Origin: Scenedesmus sp. PABB004
Lineage: Eukaryota
Reading direction: 5' to 3'
Length of the DNA stretch: 64,000 nucleotides
Assembly: GCA_014905635.1 (NCBI GenBank)
Contig: JABVCE010000002.1
Span: 372,001 to 436,000, forward strand
In this document: positions 1 to 12,945 of the stretch, in pieces
Layout of the letters: the number at the start of each line of letters is the position of its first letter
Position numbering within the stretch: position 1 is the stretch's first letter
Made by a program: the position numbers and the translations under genes
The notes under the pieces: model-generated
Databases searched by the model: none
Seen by the model: only the letters and a program-made list of their open reading frames with translations
Told to the model about the DNA's origin: nothing

Positions 1-461
1 GCGCGCGCATTGACGAGAGCGGCGGCAGCACTGACTGGCGGCGGCGGCAGCAGCGGCGGCAGATGTGGCGGCGCACCCCAACCGCACGGTGCAACAGAGG
101 CGGCGTGCCGGCGGGCGGCAGCGGCGGCACAGGGCGCAGCGGCGGGCGGATGACGGCGGGCCGTCTCAGCGCGCCATCCGGTGCAGAGCTGCCTCCCGCG
201 CCGCCCCAGTCACTGCCCGCCGCTTGCAGCCGCGCCAGCGCACGCACAGAGCCGCTCTCGGCGAGCCAGGCCCGGCAGCCCGGAGCGCACGCGCGCCTGG
301 CCCGCCGCGGCCTGCCAGCAGGCCTCAGCGCTCGGGAGTGGGGCAACAGCAGCTCCGGCTTGCGTGGGAGCCGCGGCAGGGCCCACGCCGCGGGGGGTGG
401 GCGGCCGGCATCGCCGCAGCAACAGCGCCCGCGCAGCCCGCGCGCTGCCCTCGCGGCAGCC

Positions 462-1687
462 ATGGGGCGCGTGGAGGCGGTGTACGATGAGTACCTGGCG
501 CGTCGCAAGGGCATCATCCGCGCGCTGACGAACGAGGTGCGCGGCGGCGGCGGCCGCGCCGCTGCCGGCCGCGGCGGCGCCCGCCGCGGCGCGTGCGGCG
601 CGCCGCCGACGACGCCCTCCCGCCTCCGCGTGCAGGTGGACATGTTCTTCTCGCAGTGCGACCCGGAGCGCGAGAACCTCTGCCTGTACGGCAACGTCGA
701 CGGCACGTGGTCGGTGAGCCGCGCGGCCGGCTGCTCGCCGCGCGGCGGCGGGGCCCCCGCGCGGCGCGCTCACACCGGGCGGCGCGCGCAGGTGGACCTG
801 CCCGCAGAGGAGGTGCCGCCGGAGATCCCCGAGCCGGCGCTGGGCATCAACTTTGCGCGCGACGGCATGCAGGCGCGCAGCCGCGCCGCGACGGCGCGTG
901 GCAGCGCGCCGCGCGCCGCGCGCGCCGACACCCGCGCGCTCCCTCGCGCCCCGCCGCGCAGCGCAAGGACTGGCTCGCGCTGGTGGCGGTGCACTCCGAC
1001 TCGTGGCTGCTCGCGCTCGCGTTTTACAAGGGCGCGCGGCTGAACAAGGAGCAGCGCGAGGAGCTGTTTGGCGCCATCAACAGCTTACCCACCTGCTACG
1101 AGGTCGTGTCGGGCAAGGCCAAGGGCGCGGCGCAGCCGCGCAAGGTCGGCGCGGCGGCGCGGTCCAAGGCGCGCGCGGTGGGTGGCGGCGCGGCGGGGGG
1201 GGGGGGGCGCGGGCGCCGCGCAGCGCACGTGCGCGCCGTCGCGGGGCGGGGCGCGCGGCGGGGCGCGCGGCGGGGCGCGCGGCGGGGCGCGCGGCGGGGT
1301 GCGCGGCAGCCGCGCCCGCTGAGGGGGCTCGCCCCGGCCGGGCGGCGCGCCGCAGGACGACTACGACGACGACGACGAGGAGGACGACGGCTGGCAGGAC
1401 GGCGAGGGCGACCCCTGCCCCGGCTGCCGCGGCTTCTACCGCACCGACGAGTTTTGGATCGCGTGCGACAAGTGCGACAGCTGGTGGTGCGGCCGCTGCT
1501 CCAAGGTGCGGCGCGGCGGGCGCGGCGCGGCCGCGCGCTGGCCGCCGCCGCCGGCGGGGCCGGGCGGGCGGGCGCGCGAGCGCTCGCCCACACACCTTGC
1601 GCGCCCGGCGCGCAGATGACGGCGGCCAAGGCTGAGAAGACCAAGAACTGGTGCTGCGTCAAGTGCTCCGGCAATCGCTTCGACTGA
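462..1687 (+). CDS. Alfin-like PHD finger protein (PAL domain + C-terminal PHD), about 6 exons
   Basis: Spliced exons 462-536, 636-713, 792-872, 962-... give [60 protein letters not shown] and a PHD CPGC...[16 protein letters not shown]...WCCVKC. TGA at 1685-1687. The intron-4 donor is ambiguous. Confidence 0.95.
1246..1297. repeat. Intronic 12-bp GC tandem repeat (CGGGGCGCGCGG), about 4 copies
   Basis: Read directly inside Alfin intron 4. Confidence 0.75.
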
Positions 1688-2162
1688 CCGCGACACGCGC
1701 CTTGGCGCGCCGGCGGCGGCGGCGCGACGACGCAACGCACGCCCCCTCCCTGACTGCGACCCGCGCTCGATGGCGCGCGCTGACGACGACTGGTGCCGAC
1801 GACCACGCCGCGGGGCGCCGCGCGGCGCGCGGCGGCGGGCGGCGGCCTAACGCAGCGCACACTGGCTGCACACATTGCGGGTGACTGGCTCTTAAGGGTG
1901 ACCGGCGGGGCGGCAACAGCGGCGGCAGCAGCGGCAGCGGCGGGGCGCGGTCGCGCCGTGCGCGCGTGGCGCGGGGTGGCTCGCCGCCGGGGTGGGGTGG
2001 GCATCACGGCCGGGCGGTGTGCACTCCTGGCGCGGGCTCAGGCAACTGTTCAAAAACACGACGGCCGCTTCCCTGCCTGCACGCGATGCCGACGTGGCAG
2101 TCGGCCAGGGCAGACCCGCCGCGCGGCCCCGCCCCCGCGGACGCGCTCCCCCGGATGCCAGG

Positions 2163-3919
2163 ATGGCTGAATCGATGAGCCGCAGCTTCAGCGTGGACGA
2201 CCTGGTCGGCGGCATCTTCAGGCTGCAGAACCAGGCCGCGGGCGGCGCGGGCATGTTTGGACGCACCGACAGCGAGGCGGCGGTGAGGCGGCGGGTGGCC
2301 GGGCGCCCGGGCGGGTGGGGCGCGCATCCCACTGCCGCCGCCCCGCGCCCCCGCCCCGCCGCGCAGTTCCAGGAGTTCCTCAAGCGCATACCCAGCGCCA
2401 CCAACCTCACAGCCAGCGGCGGCGGCGCGTACGAGCCCGCGGCGCTGCAGGCGCAGGCGCAGCAGCTGCTCGCGTCCGGCGCGGGCGCGGGGGCCGCCGC
2501 GGCCGCGGCGGGCCTGCCCGAGGTCAGCGGCGGCATGCCCCGGGTGCCGTCGCTGGACGTGCTGCGGCAGCTGGTGCTCCAGAACCAGCTCAGCTCGGGA
2601 TTGAGCGTCGTCAAGAGCGAGGTGCTGCCGCCAGGTGGGGGGACGGCGCGCGCCTAGGGCGGGCCCGGCGGGTGGACCCGGCACCGCGGCAGTCGGCGGG
2701 CGGCGCCGGCGCGGCGCCGGCGCGGGGCGGCGCCGGCAGCGGCGCGCGGCGCGGCGCGGCGCGGCGCGGCGCGCGCGCCTGCCGGACCGCGCGCAATGCT
2801 GGGGTCCCCCCCTCCCTCCCCTGGCCGGCCTGACCCGCCGCCGCCACCGCCGCCGCCCGCAGCGGTGTCGCTGGCGGCGCCGGCGCCGGTGCCGGGGCTG
2901 CCAGCGCTCTCGGCCGCGGCGGAGCCAGCGCTGCCGCCGGTCGACCCCGCGCTCGCCGCCGCCGCCGCCGTGGCCGCGGGCTCGGCGCTCATGGTCAACC
3001 CCGCGGCGGCCGCCGCCGCGGCGGCCGCGATCCAGCTGCAGCAGATGCACGTGCCGCTGCGCGCGCCCAGCAGCTCGCGCGACCGCGACGACAAGGAGGG
3101 CGGCGGCGGCGGCGGCGGCGGCGGCAAGGACGAGTCGCGGCGCCAGCGCAGGTGCGGCGCCGGCCGCGGCGCCCGTGCGGGAGGGGTGGGGGGGGGCTGC
3201 ACCCGCGCGTTGCGCCCGCCCTCGCCGGCCGCTGCCCGCCCGCGCGTGCGCGCGCGCCCTGTTTACGCCCGCCCGCCCGCCCCGCCAGGATGCTGTCCAA
3301 TCGCGAGTCGGCGCGGCGCAGCCGCAAGCGCAAGCAGGAGCACATGCAGACGCTGGAGGCGCAGCTGGAGGAGGTGGCGGCCGAAAAGCGCGAGAAGGAG
3401 GCGGCGGCCGACCTCGCCGAGCGCCGCGCGCGCGGCCTGGAGGAGGAGAACGCCCGCCTGCGCGAGGACAACGAGCGCCTGCGCGACGAGCTGCGCTTCC
3501 TGCGCGAGGAGGTGCGCCTGTGCGCGTGTGTCGCGTGTGTGCGCGCGGGAGGGGGCGCCGACACGCGACGCGCCGCGCCGCCCCCGTCGCCCCCGCGCCG
3601 ACCCGACCCACCCGACCCGGCCCGACCTGGCTCGCCCGCGCCGCAGCTGACGGAGCGCAAGGAGCGCAACGGTGGGTACCAGCGCGAGCGCAGCAGCGAC
3701 GGCGAGCAGGAGGCCCAGGCCGCGCGGCCGCCGCCGAGCAAGCGCACGCGCGCGAGCGCGGCGGCCGAGGCGGCGGCGCCCGCCGGCGGCGGGCGGCGCG
3801 GCAAGGGCTCGCCCGCGGCCGCGGCCAAGCAGCACGCGGCGGCGCAGGGCGAGGGCCACGGCGACGACGCGGCGGCGGAGGGCGCGCAGCAGCCGGCCGG
3901 TGACGACACGCTGCAGTGA
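2163..3919 (+). CDS. bZIP transcription factor, group C-like (bZIP63/Opaque2 type), 5 exons
   Basis: N-terminal MSRSFSVDDL and RTDSEAA|FQEFL; basic region RRQR|RMLSNRESARRSRKRKQEH followed by a leucine zipper; GT-AG introns; TGA at 3917-3919. Confidence 0.9.
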
Positions 3920-4521
3920 CCGCCGGCCGCGCGGCGGCCGTGGCGCCGCGCCGCGCCGCGCGGCATGGCCGCCACCCAGGCGAATGCCAGCGCGCGCACG
4001 CGCGCGCGCCCCGCCGGCCGCGCCGCGCGCCCCGGGCGCGCAGCGCGTTGTGCAGCCTCCTGCACGCGTCAGTTTTTGCATGTCTCCCTCGCTGGCGTGG
4101 CGTGAGTGTGACCCGGCTCGCGCGCGGCGGCGGCGCGCTCCCGCCCCGCCCCGCCGCGGCCGGCCGGGGGCCGGGACCATTTTGCGGTTCTCACATTTTT
4201 GTTTGGCACGGCGTCTCCATAAACGATGACGACCCGTCGGCGGAATGCTATGCTTTTGGGGGCGCTGCGCACGCACGCGCCGCTGTGCACCCACAGCGGG
4301 CGCGCGGCGCAGCGGCGGTGGCGAGGAGTGCGTGCTCGCCGCCGGCGCTGCTGCTGCGACGCAGCGGCCGGCGGCGCGCGGGTGGGGCGGCCCGGCGACC
4401 AGCACACGGCTCATTGACCGCTGCAAGGGCGCGCGGCGCGTGGCAATTGCGAGCACGGAGCGCGGACGCCGTTGCCCAGCCCGGCTCCCCGCTCAGCGCC
4501 GACGCGGCGCCTGCAGGTCGG

Positions 4522-6548
4522 TCACAGGTCGTCGACGTCGTCCGAGTCGTCGTCGTCCAGCGCGTCCTCGTCCACCAGCGACACGTCCTCGCTCTCCTCC
4601 TCGCTGCCCTCCTCCTCCTCCTCCTCCTCGCTGCTGCCCGCCTCGCTCTCGCCGCCGCCGCCGCCGCCGGCCGCCGCGCTGCTGCCGGCGCCGCCCAGGC
4701 GCGCGCGCTTGGGCGAGCGCTGCTCCACCGCGTCCGGGTCAAAGTCAGAGTCCTCCTCCGACGACTCGTCGCCCGCCGCGTCGCCGCCGGCGGCGCCCAG
4801 CTGCGCGCCGCCAGGCGCCCCGCCGCCCCCGCCGCCGTCCTCCTCGTCCTCGTCGTCGCTGTCGTCGCCGACCTGCGACCCGCGCGCGTGCGGCCGCGCG
4901 GGCGCGGCGCTCGGCGGCTGCGCGCGCGCCCAGCCCCGCGCCGGCGCCCCGCGCCGCGCCCCTCAGCGGCGGGCGCACCCTGATGCGCTGCGCCGCGAGG
5001 TAGGCCTGCAGGGCGCCCAGCTCCGCCGCGTCGACCTGGCCCAGCTCGAGCGCCTTGGCGCCGCCGGCGCAACGCACGGTGAGGTCAAACGTCGCGCTGC
5101 CGCCGCCGGCGCGGTGGAACGCGACGCGCGCGATGGCGCGCGCAGGGATGAACCGCCCCGGCCGGCCGACGTAGACGAGCCCCGCCGCGAGCGGCACCAG
5201 CCAGCCGGGCGACGCGCCGTGGTTGGCGGCCACCATGAGGTCGCCTGCCGCGGCCGCGCGCGCGGCGGCGCGGCGGGGCGCGGCCTCGCGGGCGGCCCGG
5301 CGCGCGGCGGCCGGCGGCGGCGCGCGCGGCGGGGCGGGTTGAGAGGCGCGGGGGCGCACCCGCTGCGCTGGAGAAGACGTGCGGCTCCGCGGTGAGGAAG
5401 GTGTCGTCGGTGAGGTCAGGCATGAAGCTCGCCAGCAGCTGGCTCGCCACCACCGCGGCGGGGCCCGCCAGCTGCGGCCCCAGGTGCGCCGCGGCCGGCG
5501 GCGACGGCAGGCACAGCTCCGGCTGGTCCTTGGTCTGCGGCGCCGCGTCGTTGCGCGTGCCGCGGCGTCGCGCGCCGCCCCACACGGCGCCGCCCGGCCG
5601 CCCAGCTGGCACGCCCGGCCGCCCGGCCGCCCCGCACCTGCATTACCACCAGGTCCAGCTGGTTCTTGCCCTGCACCACGGGGCTGCGGTGGCGCCGGCG
5701 GCGCCGGCGCCGGCGGGGCGGGGCGCGCGGCGGCGTCGGCGGCACCGCGCAGCATCGCGGCGTCACGGCCGGCCGGCCGCCACGGCTGCGCCCCCGACCT
5801 GTGCAGGACGAGCACGATGTTGGTGGTGCTGGGCTGCTTGGGGATGGCATCGATCACCTGCGCCGCGCGTGCGCTGGACGGCTCAGAGCGGCGGGCCCAG
5901 CAAGCTCTGCGGCTCTCGCCCGCCCGCGCTGCGGCGCTCGCCCCGCACCAGCACGTGCTGTATGCTGCCGTACGGCACCAGCACGCTCGTCTGCTTGTTC
6001 GCCAGCTGCAGGCCGTCGGCAAAGAAGCCGACGTCAAACTTGCCCCTGCGCAGCACGCGCGCGCGCGCGTTTGAAGCGTCGTCGCGCGCCGGCCGCCGCG
6101 CCGCTGATGGCGCCGCCGCGCGTGATCCCACGTGACCCGCACGCGCCTGGGGATGATGCACGACACCCCGGGCAGCGCCGCCTCGGCCGCCGAGAGGTCG
6201 CGCACGGCCGCCGGCGCTGCTGCCGCTGCCGCCGCCGCCTTTGGCTGCACCGTGCTGCCTGCGCGCAGGGCAGCGTTCGCCGTGCCGCGCCATACCACCG
6301 TGATCACGGCGCCGGGCCGGCCTGCCGCCGCACGGCGCCGGTCCAGCCTGGCGCAGCCGCTGCTCGCTGCTCTCGGCGACGCCGTCGCTCCTCCGCGCAC
6401 CGTTGGTGCCGCCGCCACCGCGCAGCGCCTGCTCCACGATCTGCGCGACCTTGTCGGCTATCGCGGACACGGCGTCCTTGGGCACGCGCTGCGCCTCGAG
6501 CAGCGCCAGCAGCTCGGGGTACGCCGCGTAGCGCGCCAGGTTCTCCAT
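4522..6548 (-). CDS. Rtt106/SSRP1 middle (double-PH) domain histone-chaperone-like protein with acidic C-terminal tail, 8 exons
   Basis: Spliced product contains IIPR|GKFDVGFF and GWLVPLAAGLVYVGRPGRFIP...VAFHRAGGGSATFDLTV...ELGQVDAAELGALQAYL, then D/E-rich tracts (SSEEDSDFDP) and an NLS-like SPKRAR. Confidence 0.75.
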
Positions 6549-6797
6549 GGCGCGCTGCAGACCTCTCCCGAACTCAGGAGGCCAGCAGGCGCGTTGTGTG
6601 TGGGAGCGCCCCCGACTGCGCAGCGTTTGCTGCAGCGGTTGAGCGGTTGCGGCGGTTGAGCGGTCGCGGCGGTTGCGCGGGCGCGGTTCATCGCGGCTCG
6701 GCCCTGCGCCCGCCAGCTGACGGCGCGATCACCCCCTCCGTCCAAGAGAACTAAACAGGCAGGCATGAACGCAGCCCAGCCACAGCGACCAGCCCGC

Positions 6798-9014
6798 TCA
6801 GTCGGCCAGCGGCCGCAGGCTGGCAAACCAGCACAGCTCGCCGCCCTGCGCGAGCGCGCTCCACACCTGGGGCTGCCAGCCGCCGCCGTGCGGCGGCGCC
6901 GGCCCCCCTCCCTGCGGCGGCGCCAGCAGGTTGAGGGACGACCCGATGCCGCGCACGTCCACGGGCAGCAGCCCGTGCGCCGCGCCGGCGGCGGCGTCCC
7001 AGCGGAGCAGGGCGGCCGTGTGCGCGAGCGCGGGCGCGGGCGAGGCGATGCCGCTCACGAGCGCCTGCAGCGCGTCGTGGTTGGCCGCCGCGGCGATCCG
7101 AACGCCCACGACCACGTCCAGGTGGTGCGGCGGCCGGCTGTCGCCGCCGTCGCCGACCAGCGGGGCGTGCCGTGCCACCGCCTCGGCCGCCTTGGCGCCC
7201 GCGATGGCCCACAGAGCGCCGCACGTCGCGCAGCGCTTGCACGCGCTGACTGCGCAGTCCGGCACGCCGCAGCCGGGCGCCGGCGCGGCGGCGGCCGCAG
7301 CAGCCCCGGCCCCCGCGCCGGGGCGGCCGCCGTCCAGCACGCTGGCCCACGCGGGCTGGCAGCGCACGGAGACGCACAGCCGCGGCGCGGCGTCGGCCGC
7401 CGCGCTGGCCTCGTGCGGCGCGGCAGGCTGGCGCCCTGCCTTCGGAGGGCAGGGCGCCGCGACGAGGGCGAGGTCCCAGACGTAGCCGCCCAGCACACGG
7501 CGCTGCAGCGCGACGCCCGCCGCGCACGCGCCCTCGCGCCGCCGGGGGTCGAGCAGCGCGCGCAGCTGGCTCAGGCGCGTGCGCGTCTCCGGCCCCCAGT
7601 CGCTGCTGCTGGCTGTGCCGCCGTCGGCGCAGGGGCCGCTGATGCCGGAGGCGTCAGGGCTGGCCGGGAGCCCCCGGCGCAGCGTCGCCGACCAGGGGCA
7701 GCTCTGCCCGCGCCGCAGACGCTGCATCGCCAGCTCGTAGCGGCCGTGCATGTCAGCGCTAGGACGGTGCGCAGCGTGGCGAGCGGCGGTGCGCGGCGGT
7801 GAGCGGGCTGCGGCCCCGGCCGCCGCCGCGCGCCGCGCCCGCACCGCGGGGTCCGCCACCGGTCCAGCAGCGCTGCGTGCAACTGCCGCCGCGACCTCAC
7901 CTGTAGAAGGCGCGCATCGGCCTCAGCCCTGGCGCGCCCCGCATGCCTGCGCACAGCCACGGCCGCTGCGCCACGGCGGCCGCGAGGAGCGCGCCCGAGA
8001 CCAGCGGCAGCCGCACCGCGCGCACCAGCAGCTGCAGCGCCGCCGTCAGGCCCGGGCCGCCGCCGTCGGCCGCCCCGCCCCCGGCGGCGGCGCCTGGCCC
8101 TCGAGGCGCCGCGCAACTGGCCCCGCCAGCCAAGCGTCGATGGCGGTCAGCGTGCTGCCCTCGGACGCCAGCGCTAGCTCGTCGCTGCGCAGCAGCGCCG
8201 CCAGCACGTCGGCTGGCAGGCGCTGCAGCACGTCACGCCCGGCCGGGCTCGCGAGGCAGAGGTCGAGGTCCCGCAGGTCGCGGGTGAGCCGGTCGACGGC
8301 GCCGCGCCGCAGCTTCGCGAGCGCCGGCTGCTGCGCCAGCGGCGCCGGCAGCCAGAGCACCTCCAGCGCTGCCGGCCAGCTCAGCGCCGCAGGCTGGGGC
8401 GCGCCCCGCAGCAGGCCGCTCAGCTGGCCCGCCGCCGCCGCCAGCACGCCCGGCGCCCCGAACCGGTCGGCAAGGCGCAGCACGCCCACCGCCAGCTCCT
8501 GCTGGCAGGGGCCGGCGGCGTCGTCGGCCGCTGGGCCAGCCACGCCACGTGCGCATGCGTCAGCACAGGCGCTCGCGTCGCCGCCGGGCGGCGCCAGCAC
8601 TGCAGCCAGGTCGGGCTCTGCCAGGGCCTCCACGCTGCCCGTGTAGATTGCCCTGAGCAGCGCCAGCATGGGCAGCAGATCCCCCGGGTCCTCCAGCACC
8701 ACGCGCACGCGCCGCATCACCTTCATCACGTGCGGCGCGCCGCAGCGCAACGCCAGCGCGCCCCCGCGCGGCGGCTCTGCCGCCTGCGCCGGGCCGCCGG
8801 CGCCGTCCGCCCAGTGCTGGCCGAGTGCTGCGGCGAAGAAGCCGGACGCCGCCACCAGCAGCACGCCGTGGGCCGGCACACGCGCGAGCACCTCGTCCTC
8901 GTGCGTGAGGGGCTCGCCGCCCCCGCGGCGGCAGGGCTGGGCGACGACCAGCTCGAGCTCACAGTCGGCATGGTGCCGGTCAAGCCACAGCTGTGGCAGC
9001 GCTGCCAGCTGCAT
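6798..9014 (-). CDS. BTB/POZ-BACK domain protein, 3 exons
   Basis: ADCELELV...VPAHGVLLVAASGFF (BTB); LLRSDELALASEGSTLTAIDAWL...Q|LLVRAVRLPLV (BACK). Introns 8032-8093 (GC-AG) and 7759-7900 (GT-AG) join three ORF-track frames. Confidence 0.75.
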
Positions 9015-9400
9015 TGGACGAGGGGGGCCGCCGGCGGACAGGGCAGTGATGGCGGGATGTGAGATGGCTCGCCCGCCCGGCGCGCCGCAGGCCTCGCAGG
9101 CTTGGCTGTCGGTCCTGCAGCTAGATTGTAGCGATACGAGTGTGTGGCGAGGTTGTCAAGGCCTGAGGTCGTGCGACGGCGGAGCCATATGCGAACGATG
9201 GCTGCTGCAGGCGGCCCAGCTCCCTGGCGTGAGCGGGAGGGCCTCGCGGGGTTCTGACAGCGCGCATAAGGTGTCGCCACAGCTTTTCGGTGCCTGCTGA
9301 TGCGCGGCCGAGCGGCGTGTCACCCGCCGCATTGTCACCCATCAACCGCGGCGGCGCACGGCGGCTCGCTCACGCGCCGAGCCGCTTGGGTCCGGGGGGC

Positions 9401-12400
9401 TCACCGCTTCACTGCGACCCAGGTGAGGGCACGCAGCTGCGCCTCCATGAAGGCGCAGAAGCGCTCCTCCTCGGCCGTGCTCCAGGGCGGCAGGCCGTCG
9501 AGGCGCTGCTCGCGGCGGTACTTGCGCTCCTGGCGCCGCCGCAGCTCCGGCACATCGCCCTGCCCCGTCGCGACCAGCAGCAGCGCGTTGGCCGGCAGCG
9601 CGGCGTGCACGGCGCCCACCGCGCGGTCCAGCGCCGCCAGGCGCGCCGCGAGCGCGTCGGGGCCAAAGTCGCGCGCGAGCGCCGCCGCCGCCGCGGCCGC
9701 CGCCGCGGCGAGGTCCTCGCCGGCGGCGCCGCCGCCGTCCGGGGCCGCCTCCGCCTCCGCCTCCGCCTGGCGCTGCGCCTGCTGCGCGGCGGCCAGCTGC
9801 CGCTGCGCCTTGGACCTGCGCCGCGGCGGCGGGCGGGCGCGTGTGGGCGCGCGCGCGTGCCTGCGCGCTCACGTGCGGCGAGCCGCCGCAGCGCGCGGCG
9901 TGGCCGGCCGCACCGTTCAAACTGGTAGTCTGACAGCTCGGTCAGCTGCGTCCACACAAAGCCGTACGCGCCGCTGCGCGCCGTGCGCGCCGCCGTCTTG
10001 GCCGCCTGCTCGTCGCTCGCCACGAGCACCGCGCTCGCGTGGCCTGCGGCGCACGGCGGTGCGGCGCGGCGGGCTGGGCACAGCTGCGCGCGCGGGCGCA
10101 CACGCGCACGCGCACACACAGCAGCTGCGCGGCCTTTGCCGGCGGGCGCGCACCCGTGGCGTGCTTGCTGAGCGCCTGCTTCCGGTCCACGAGGCAGCTG
10201 GCGACCTTGCGCCCGCTGCCCGCGAGGACGTCGGGCAGCTTGTCCACCGACGCGGCGCCGTCGTTGGTGCCGAATGCGGGGCCTGGGCGGCGCCGCGCGC
10301 GCGCGCGGCTCGAGCGCGGCGCGCGCGCTGCGCGGCCGCGGTGGCGCGCCGTGCGGGCAGGGCCGGCGCCGCACCCTTTTCGATCTTCAGAAGCGCCAGG
10401 TCCATGGCGGCGCGCGCGTCGACGGCGCTGTCGTGCTCACCCTGCTGGATAGCGCGCTGCAGGAAGCGCGATGCCAGGTAGCGCAGCGACGAGCGGTATG
10501 GCAGGCCGCGCGGGTGCGGGAACAGCGCGGCGGTGTCCAGCACGCGCGCGTGGCACATCTGTGCGGCGGCGCGGCGCGGCGGCGCGGCGGCGCGGCGCGG
10601 CGGGTGGGCGCGCGCCGCGGGCGCGCGGGCGGCGCCGGCCGCCCAGCCGGGCGGCGCGGCGCGCGCCTTGAGCGCGGCGAGGTCGTTGTCCAGGGCGTGG
10701 CCGACGAGCAGCGAGGAGGGCTTGATGTGCCGCAGCAGCATGCGCTGCGCCGGCGCGGCGCGGCACGGCGCGGTGTCAGCCGGCGCGGCGGCGCACGTGC
10801 CCGGGCTGCCGGCGGCGCCGGCGCCGGCGGCCGCGCGGCCACCTGCGCGTCCTCGAGCCGCGTGTGCACGCCCTGCAGCATGGCGGCGGTGATGCCGCTG
10901 AAGCGGGTGTTGTAGTCGGTGATGGGGTTGACCGGCACGACAAGCTCGTCCACCAGCACCGCACCGCCCGCGTCGACGAGCGTCACGCGCGTGAGCTCAA
11001 ACCCCGCGCCCGTGATGCACATCTCGCAGTCCAGGCCCAGCAGCGACCCCGCCCACGGCGGCGGCGCCGCCGCCACAGAGCCCGGCGCCGCCGGCTGCTC
11101 CGCGGGCGGCGCCGGCGGCGGCGGCGGCGGCGGCGCGTCCGCGGCGTCGCCTGCTTCTGCGCCGCCATTCGCGTGCTTGTGCCGCTTGGCGGGGTGCTCC
11201 ACCTGCGCCTCCTCGGCCTCCCCCTCTGCCCCCTCGCTGCTCGCCTCGCCGGGCGCAGCCGCTGCTGCCCCGGCGTTGGCCCCCGCTGACTGCTGCTCCT
11301 GCTCTGGCAGGCTCCCGGTGCCGCCGCCGCTCCATCCGCCGCCGCCGCTGCTGCTCTCGCCGCCGCCGCTCTCGCCGCTGCCGCCCTCGCCGCTGCCGCC
11401 CTCGCCGCAGCTCGCGTCCCGCCGCTGCTGCTGCTCGCCCGCGACGCCGCTCACGACGTCGGGGTCGGTTGAGATGTAGCCGGGCGGGCAGTGCAGCCGG
11501 CCGTCGCTGCCGAGCGTGGGCACGGGGTAGCCCATGCTCTGCTGCTGCTGCGGGCCCAGCACGTAGTGCTCGGGCGGGAACGGCGGACGCCCCGCGCGCG
11601 CCGCCTTGGCGGCCGCCGCCTCGGCGACCGACTCGCGCTTGCGCTTGCGCGTCTGCGGCACGCCCAGCAGCGCGGCCGCGGTCTGGCCTGCGGGCGGCGG
11701 CGCGGCGCGGCGCGGCGCGGCGCGGGGCGGTTCGAGGCGGTTCGAGGCTCTGGGCGCGGCGCGCCGCGCTGCCCAGCCAGCAGGCCCAGCCGCGGCGGTC
11801 CGCGCACCTGGCTTGACGCTGCTGTTCAGCGCGAGCGTGGTCACCGGCGGCGGCAGCGCGGCGAGGTGCGTCATCAGGCCCTTGTGCTCGTCGTAGAGCT
11901 CCTGGCTGAGGCCATGCGCGAGCAGCAGCACCACCTGGCCGATGAGCGGCTTGTGCTGCGCGCGCGGCCGGCGGCGGGGCGATGAGCGGAGGGGGGAGAG
12001 CGCGAAGGCGGGGCGCCGCTGCGCGCGCCCCCCTCGCGGCGCACCTTGACAAACGCCCAGCGCGGCGACACGGCGTCGCCGAGCACCCAGAGCACCAGCT
12101 GCTGCACGTCGCGCAGCTGGATGGACGCCTGCGCCTTGACCTCGACGTCAGCGCGCGCCTGCGGAGGGGGGGGGGGGGGCGGCGCTCGGCGCGGCGCCGC
12201 GCGCGCCCAGCGGCTGGCTGCAGCGGCGCCCCAGCCGGCAGCCAGGCTCACGTCGTCGCCGTAGACGTTGACGAAGCCGCCGCCGACTGCAGGCGCGTCG
12301 GCGGCGCCGCCGTCGCCGCTGCCCGGCGCTGCTGCCGCGGCGGCCGCGGCGGCCGCGGCGGCGCGGGCGGCCTTCTTCGCCTTCTTCTCCTTCTTGGGGT

Positions 12401-12572
12401 TGCGCTGGACCGGCGGCGGGGCGCCGAGCTCCAGCTGCTCGTCCCACGCGGGCACGGCCCGCCGGCCGGCTGCCGCTGCGCCGCCGCCGCCGCCGCCCTG
12501 CGCCGCCACGGCCGCGTCCCACTGCCCGTTGACCTCGCCCGCGATCTCGCCGTCCTCCAGGTCGGAGCCCAT
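9401..12572 (-). CDS. DEDDh 3'-5' RNA exonuclease (REXO1/REXO5/SDN5-like), about 10 exons
   Basis: [70 protein letters not shown] at 12572 ([10 protein letters not shown]). Confidence 0.92.
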
Positions 12573-12839
12573 GGCCGCCAGCGCGGGAGCCGCTGCCGCC
12601 CGCGACGGCAGCGCGCCGCTGCCCCGCGCGGCGCGTGCTGCTGGCGGCCACAGCTCGCGGGCGGCGAGCCTGGCTGTGCTGTGCTGGGCAGCGCGGAGGC
12701 GCGGCCACGGGGAGCAGGCGCAGCGGCGCGTCAGCGACACGCGCGCGGTTCGGGCCGCCGCGGTGCAGCGCAGACAACGGCGCTGCTGCCGCCCCCGCGC
12801 GCGGGGCGGGGGGACGCGTCGCGGCAACGAGGAAACGGG

Positions 12840-12844
12840 TTACA
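12840..12844 (-). promoter_or_regulatory. TGTAA polyadenylation signal of RPL26
   Basis: Plus-strand ttaca, about 100 nt past the RPL26 stop. UGUAA is the established chlorophyte poly(A) signal. Confidence 0.7.
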
Positions 12845-12945
12845 CACACAGCAGCGCGCGCGGCGCGCGCCGGGCGCGCCTGCGCCCGGGCGCCGCCGCC
12901 GCGCGCCGCGCCGCCGCGAGCGCGGCGCGGGGAGGGGGCCGGCGC

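Noticed and set aside
8046..8048. Apparent premature TGA (pseudogene or selenocysteine) in the BTB gene
   Set aside because: The TGA is part of the CTGAC branch point inside GC-AG intron 8032-8093.
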